DNA of 64,000 nucleotides from Candidatus Multivorans sp. (GTDB lineage Bacteria; Acidobacteriota; Thermoanaerobaculia; Multivoradales; Multivoraceae): NCBI GenBank assembly GCA_965220845.1, contig CBDCRA010000005.1, positions 896,016 to 960,015 of the forward strand, read 5' to 3'. Shown piece by piece: positions 60,001 to 64,000 of this stretch (position 1 is its first letter; each line of letters starts with the position of its first letter). The notes under the pieces were generated by a model. It saw only the letters and a program-made list of their open reading frames with translations, ran no database searches and was not told where the DNA came from. The position numbers and the translations under genes were made by a program.

Positions 60001-60942
60001 CGGCTCGTCGAGCAGGTCGCCGGCCAGGTGCTCGCGGATCAACTGGTCGACGGGTACGTCGGCGTTCAGAGCCCGGATCAGGTAGTCGCGGTAGCGCCAG
60101 GCGTAGGGCACGGGTGGGTCGCCCTCGCTGCCGTGCGTCTCGGCGTAGCGGACCCAGTCCATCCAGTGCCGGGCCCAGCGTTCGCCGAAGGCCGGGTCGG
60201 CGAGCAGCCGGTCGACTTCGTCCGCGACCGCGGCGTCCCGGTCGATGGCGGCGCGGCGCTCGAAGTCGTCGACCTGGGCGGGCGTCGGCGGCAGGCCGGT
60301 CAGCACGTAGGAAAGTCGCCGCATCACGATGCGCGGTTCAGCAAGCGGCGCCGGCTCGAGCCCGGCGTCGGCGATGCCGCGGGCGAGGAACCGGTCGATC
60401 GCGTTGTGCGACCAGTCCGCGGCGGCGACGTCGGGAGGTTCGGGCTGGGTGATCGGCTGCAGGCTCCACCAGCTCTTCCGTTGCTCCAGCGTTGCCTGCC
60501 AGGACGTGACCTCCCTGAGCGCGTCCGCGGAGGGGGGCTCGTCCCGCGGGTCGGGAGCGCCGATCTCGATCCAGCGCTCGAAGTCGGCGACCACGTCGTC
60601 GGGCAGCTTCGCTCCACCCAGGGGCATCCGGAAGTCGAGACTCGGGTGCCGCATGGCCCGCAGCAGGAGGCTGCCGCGGGGGTTACCGGGCTGGATCGCC
60701 GGGCCCCGCATGCCGCCTTCGAGCATGCCTCCGCGGTAGTCCAGCCGAAGTCCGCTCTCCGCTATCTCCGTGCTGTTGTGGCACGTGTAGCAGTGCTCGA
60801 CCAGAATCGGGCGGATCTTCTGCTCGAAGAACTCGAGATCCTCCGGGGCGAGTTCCGACGCGGCAGCCGCTCCCGCGCCGAGTAACAGTGCGGCCAGGAT
60901 CGCGACGCCCGAGCGCGGCGGAAACCTCGGTTTCGGGTTCAT
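57019..60942 (-). CDS. DUF1549/DUF1553 domain protein (second, 1307-aa copy) with PSCyt CxxCH module
   Basis: Start ATG 60942 ([28 protein letters not shown]). CYTCHNS heme motif. DUF1549 ([11 protein letters not shown]) and DUF1553 regions. Confidence 0.8.
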
Positions 60943-60953
60943 TGGAACACCGT

Positions 60954-63026
60954 TCAGTCTACAACGCGGGTCGACCTTGCGTAGCGGTCGATCACGCTTC
61001 CCGTCACGCCCTCGCGGATGGTCCCGAACAGATCGCCGCGCCAGCCGCGTCCCTTCGATACCTCGGTCGAGATGACGACGACGACCATGTCCTCGGTCGG
61101 AGAGACGTAGATGTACTGGCCGCCGTAGCCGCTGGCGATGTAGGCGCCCCGTTCCCGCGGCCCCCTGAGCCACCACAGGTAGCCGTAGCCGCCGTAGATC
61201 CGGCCGCGCCCCCGTGGGGCGGCGAGTCCGGCGGGGCGGGTCGACTGGTCCACCCACTGCCAGGGCAGCAGTTGCTCGCCGCCCCAACGGCCGCGGTTGA
61301 GGTAGAGCTGACCGAACTTCAGCATGTCGCGCGGCCGCATGGAGAGGTTGTTGCCGCCGACGTGGATGCCCTGCCGGTCACGCGCCCAGGCCGAAGGGCC
61401 GATTCCCAACGGGTCGAAGAGGTGCCGGCGCGCGAAGTCGTGGGTGCTCCGGCCGGCGGCGCGGGAGAGGGTCGCCGAGAGCAGATGGGTGCCGCCCGTG
61501 CTGTACGAGAAGCGGGTTCCCGGCTCCGCCTGCAACGGGCGGTTGAGCGCGGCTCGGACCCAGTTGCGCGACGCGACCCAGGAGCCGTAGTTGCCGAAGC
61601 TGGTCGACTCGAGACCGGAAGTCATCGTCAGCAGGTGGCGCACCGTGATCGCCCGCTTGTCCGGGTCGTCGAGTTCGCGGCCTTCCGGCAGCACGGCGGC
61701 GATTTCCTGGTCGAGGTCCAGCAGTTCCTGTTCGATCGCCAGACCGGCCAGAGCCGAAAGGACGCTCTTGGAGGCTGACTTCAGGTTGTGCGGCCGGTGG
61801 CCGGCGGCGCCGCGGAAGTAGCGTTCGGCCACGAGCCTGCCGTGGCGAGCGACGAGGACGCCCTGCAGCCCGTCGAGCTCGCCGATCCGCTCGAGAGCCT
61901 TCTCCAGCCGTTCGGAGTCGAGGCCGACTTCCGCGGGGGTGGCGGCACGCCAGTCGCCGGACCAGTCGTCGGCGCCGGGAGGGACCGGTAGCTGAAGCTC
62001 GACGAGGATGCCCGGGTGATCCGAGATCGAATCTGCCTCCGCCCACTCCATCCAGAGCGGCCACCAGCCGGGGTTGCCGGCGTCGAGCAGGACGTGGTCG
62101 ATGCCTCCCTCCAGGAGATCGCGGTAGCCGGCTTCCCGAAAGCGGGCCAGCGCCGGATGGTCCCCCGGCAGGTTCAGGTCGCCGGCGATCAGGACGGGAC
62201 GCTCCGGCCGGGCGACGATGCGCTCCAGGAGATCCGCTGCCTGGGTGCCGGCGAGGTCGGCGTCGCCGTTGGCGAGGTGGACACCGACCAGCTCGAAGGC
62301 CAGATCGGGGTGGTCGATCCGCGCGGTCAGGGCGATGCGGCGCTCGAAAGCGTCGCGGTCCGGGGCAAGCCGCCACACGTCGGGGTCGTCGATGGGATAG
62401 CGGCTGAGGATGGCCGAACCCTCCTCGAAGCCCAGCCAACGGAGCGAGCCGTTGGCGCGGGCGTAGACGGCGTGGAAGCCGATTTCCTTGGCCAGGCGGT
62501 CGGCGAGACAGCCTTCGCCCACCGTGCACCAGGCCTCCTGCAGGACGACGACGTCGGGTTGCAGCCGCGAGACCTCCGTCACGAGGCGGCCGGCCCGGAT
62601 CGACCGATCGGAGGGACTCTCCTGGACGACGAGGCGGCCGCCGGGGTCCGGGTAGCCGTGCCAGGCGTTCAGTTGGAGGATCCGAAGCCGATCCGCTGTC
62701 GGCGCGGCCGTGGTCGAGTCCACGACTCCGGCAACGCGCGGTTCGGCCGGCGCCTGATCGGCCAGGATCCTCGTGAAGGCGGGGCTCGAGGCCACCGCCA
62801 GCAGGCCGAGGATCCCCGTCGCAATGCGGACCGCGGGATGGCCCTGACGCAAGACGAGGACCGCCAGCGCTGCTACCGCTCCGCCGGCCGGCGCGGCGAT
62901 CAACAGCAGTCGCGCGAGGTCGGGCTGGACGACGGTGAACGATCCGGCGAGCCAGGGCAGCGAACCCAGCGCGCCGGCGATCAGGCCGGCTGCCGAGGCC
63001 AGGAAGGAGGAGAGGTTGCGCGTCAA
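60954..63026 (-). CDS. fusion protein: N-terminal TM anchor + endonuclease/exonuclease/phosphatase (EEP) domain + C-terminal beta-lactamase-related serine hydrolase domain
   Basis: EEP-like LRILQLNAWHG ... VVVLQEA ... SDHPGILVEL. C-terminal S-x-x-K (SASKSVLSAL) and the downstream YSTGG... of class-C beta-lactamase/esterase-like proteins. Confidence 0.65.
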   Translation of the reverse strand: MTRNLSSFLASAAGLIAGALGSLPWLAGSFTVVQPDLARLLLIAAPAGGAVAALAVLVLRQGHPAVRIATGILGLLAVASSPAFTRILADQAPAEPRVAGVVDSTTAAPTADRLRILQLNAWHGYPDPGGRLVVQESPSDRSIRAGRLVTEVSRLQPDVVVLQEAWCTVGEGCLADRLAKEIGFHAVYARANGSLRWLGFEEGSAILSRYPIDDPDVWRLAPDRDAFERRIALTARIDHPDLAFELVGVHLANGDADLAGTQAADLLERIVARPERPVLIAGDLNLPGDHPALARFREAGYRDLLEGGIDHVLLDAGNPGWWPLWMEWAEADSISDHPGILVELQLPVPPGADDWSGDWRAATPAEVGLDSERLEKALERIGELDGLQGVLVARHGRLVAERYFRGAAGHRPHNLKSASKSVLSALAGLAIEQELLDLDQEIAAVLPEGRELDDPDKRAITVRHLLTMTSGLESTSFGNYGSWVASRNWVRAALNRPLQAEPGTRFSYSTGGTHLLSATLSRAAGRSTHDFARRHLFDPLGIGPSAWARDRQGIHVGGNNLSMRPRDMLKFGQLYLNRGRWGGEQLLPWQWVDQSTRPAGLAAPRGRGRIYGGYGYLWWLRGPRERGAYIASGYGGQYIYVSPTEDMVVVVISTEVSKGRGWRGDLFGTIREGVTGSVIDRYARSTRVVD

Positions 63027-63180
63027 GACGGACTCCGGAAGCTAGGAAGCCTAATCCGCCCGCCCTGTGGAGACCGGACCAGCGGAGGTCGTTCGAGCCG
63101 GATTTCAGGTGCTACCCTTAGCAGTTACAGGGGACGAGCGACATCGAGACAGCGGCTCCGCCGCAGAAAGGAGGTCCGGA

Positions 63181-63735
63181 ATGGGCAAACGAGGAACACC
63201 TCGGAGGATCTCTGCGACCCTTGTGCTCTGCTCGCTGCTGGCTCTCGCCGCGGGCTGCGCGGCGCCTCCGGAAGAGCCGCCCGCCCCCGAGGTGGACCCG
63301 AGGGCCGAGGCCGAGGCCGCGTTGGGCGAGTTGGCCGCCAAGTACCTTCAGGCCGTCAACCGGGGCGACGCGGATGGACTGGCGGTGCTCTACACCGAAG
63401 ACGCGATCCGGCTTCCTTCGGACGGCCGGCGCATCGAGGGCAGGGACGCCATCCGGCTGTTCGCCGCCGCGGACTACGCCGACACCGACTGGGACATGCA
63501 GCTTCGCGTCGACGACAGCGACTACAGCGGCGATCTGGCCTTCGTGCGGGGCACGTACGCTCTCACGCTCACCTCGAAAGAGGATTCGTCCGTCGTCTAC
63601 CAGGAAGTGGGCAAGTGGATGGACATGATGCGCCGCGGAGAAGACGGCTCCTGGTTGATCGCGCGGGAGATCTCGAATCGGGATCATCCGCCGGGCCAGA
63701 TGCCGGCGGACGCGATGCCGCAGGAGGAGGGCTGA
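63181..63735 (+). CDS. SnoaL-like/DUF4440 (NTF2-fold) lipoprotein
   Basis: Strong RBS AAGGAGG before ATG 63181. Lipobox LLALAAGC. YLQAVNRGDADGLAVLYTEDAIRLPSDG. Confidence 0.7.
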   Translation: MGKRGTPRRISATLVLCSLLALAAGCAAPPEEPPAPEVDPRAEAEAALGELAAKYLQAVNRGDADGLAVLYTEDAIRLPSDGRRIEGRDAIRLFAAADYADTDWDMQLRVDDSDYSGDLAFVRGTYALTLTSKEDSSVVYQEVGKWMDMMRRGEDGSWLIAREISNRDHPPGQMPADAMPQEEG

Positions 63736-63737
63736 TC

Positions 63738-64000
63738 ATGAAGAGAGCGACTCGCTGGCATGAGCGTCCCGGGATCAGCCTGCTGGCTGTCCTTCTGGTC
63801 GGCTTCGTCGTCGTTGCCTGCCCGCCGGTCGAGGAGGAGGTGGCCGAGGATCCGAACGCGGTCGAACCCAGCCGCGGCGACGAGGACGCCCTCAACGCCC
63901 TCGTTGGCGAGTTCATGGTCGCGCTGAACACGGGCGACGCGGACGCGATGGCGGAGCTCTACGCCTCGGACGCGGTCCGCATGCAGCCGGAAGGTCCCCC
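63738..64000 (+). CDS. second SnoaL-like/DUF4440 lipoprotein, C-terminus beyond the window edge
   Basis: Not in the ORF track (runs off the window end). RBS GGAGGAGG before ATG 63738. MKRATRWHERPGISLLAVLLVGFVVVACPP ... FMVALNTGDADAMAELYASDAVRMQPEG. Confidence 0.6.
   Translation, partial: MKRATRWHERPGISLLAVLLVGFVVVACPPVEEEVAEDPNAVEPSRGDEDALNALVGEFMVALNTGDADAMAELYASDAVRMQPEGP

Overview
High-GC (~70 %) bacterial chromosomal fragment. The gene content (Acidobacteria-type VWFA protein, many DUF1501/DUF1549/DUF1553 'PSD' proteins, DUF5916, DUF3604) suggests an Acidobacteriota/Gemmatimonadota/Planctomycetota-like soil or marine organism; this is inference only. Most of the window is densely packed, mostly secreted or periplasmic housekeeping and accessory functions: peptidases, PQQ dehydrogenase, esterase, TrkH, a sodium:solute symporter, MatB-like malonyl-CoA synthetase, SDR, and two DUF1549/1553+DUF1501 pairs. 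The stand-out region is a ~8.2 kb minus-strand locus (4110-12331) bounded upstream by a clean intrinsic terminator. It encodes, in order: a TlpA-like CxxC thioredoxin; a stand-alone membrane-anchored C39 (bacteriocin-processing) peptidase; four tandem small secreted Cys-containing hydrophobic/Gly-rich peptides (at least one with a canonical double-glycine leader); two very large paralogous polytopic permeases; an ABC-2-type ATPase; and two Yip1-like membrane proteins. I interpret this as a previously undescribed, split-architecture bacteriocin/RiPP-like peptide maturation and export system. Other notable items: a three-member paralogous secreted protein family of unknown function (one copy in an operon with a small HH-motif secreted protein); two families of conserved non-coding repeats (a ~75-nt element in 2 copies and a 23-25-bp REP-like palindrome in 3 copies); a 121-nt perfect-armed bidirectional terminator; and a lower-GC accessory islet (VapBC, a KAP NTPase split by an IS1380-family element, EcsC). 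No rRNA, tRNA or CRISPR was found. The supplied ORF track contains many antisense/overlapping artefact ORFs typical of high-GC DNA, and it misses genes that run off the window edges.
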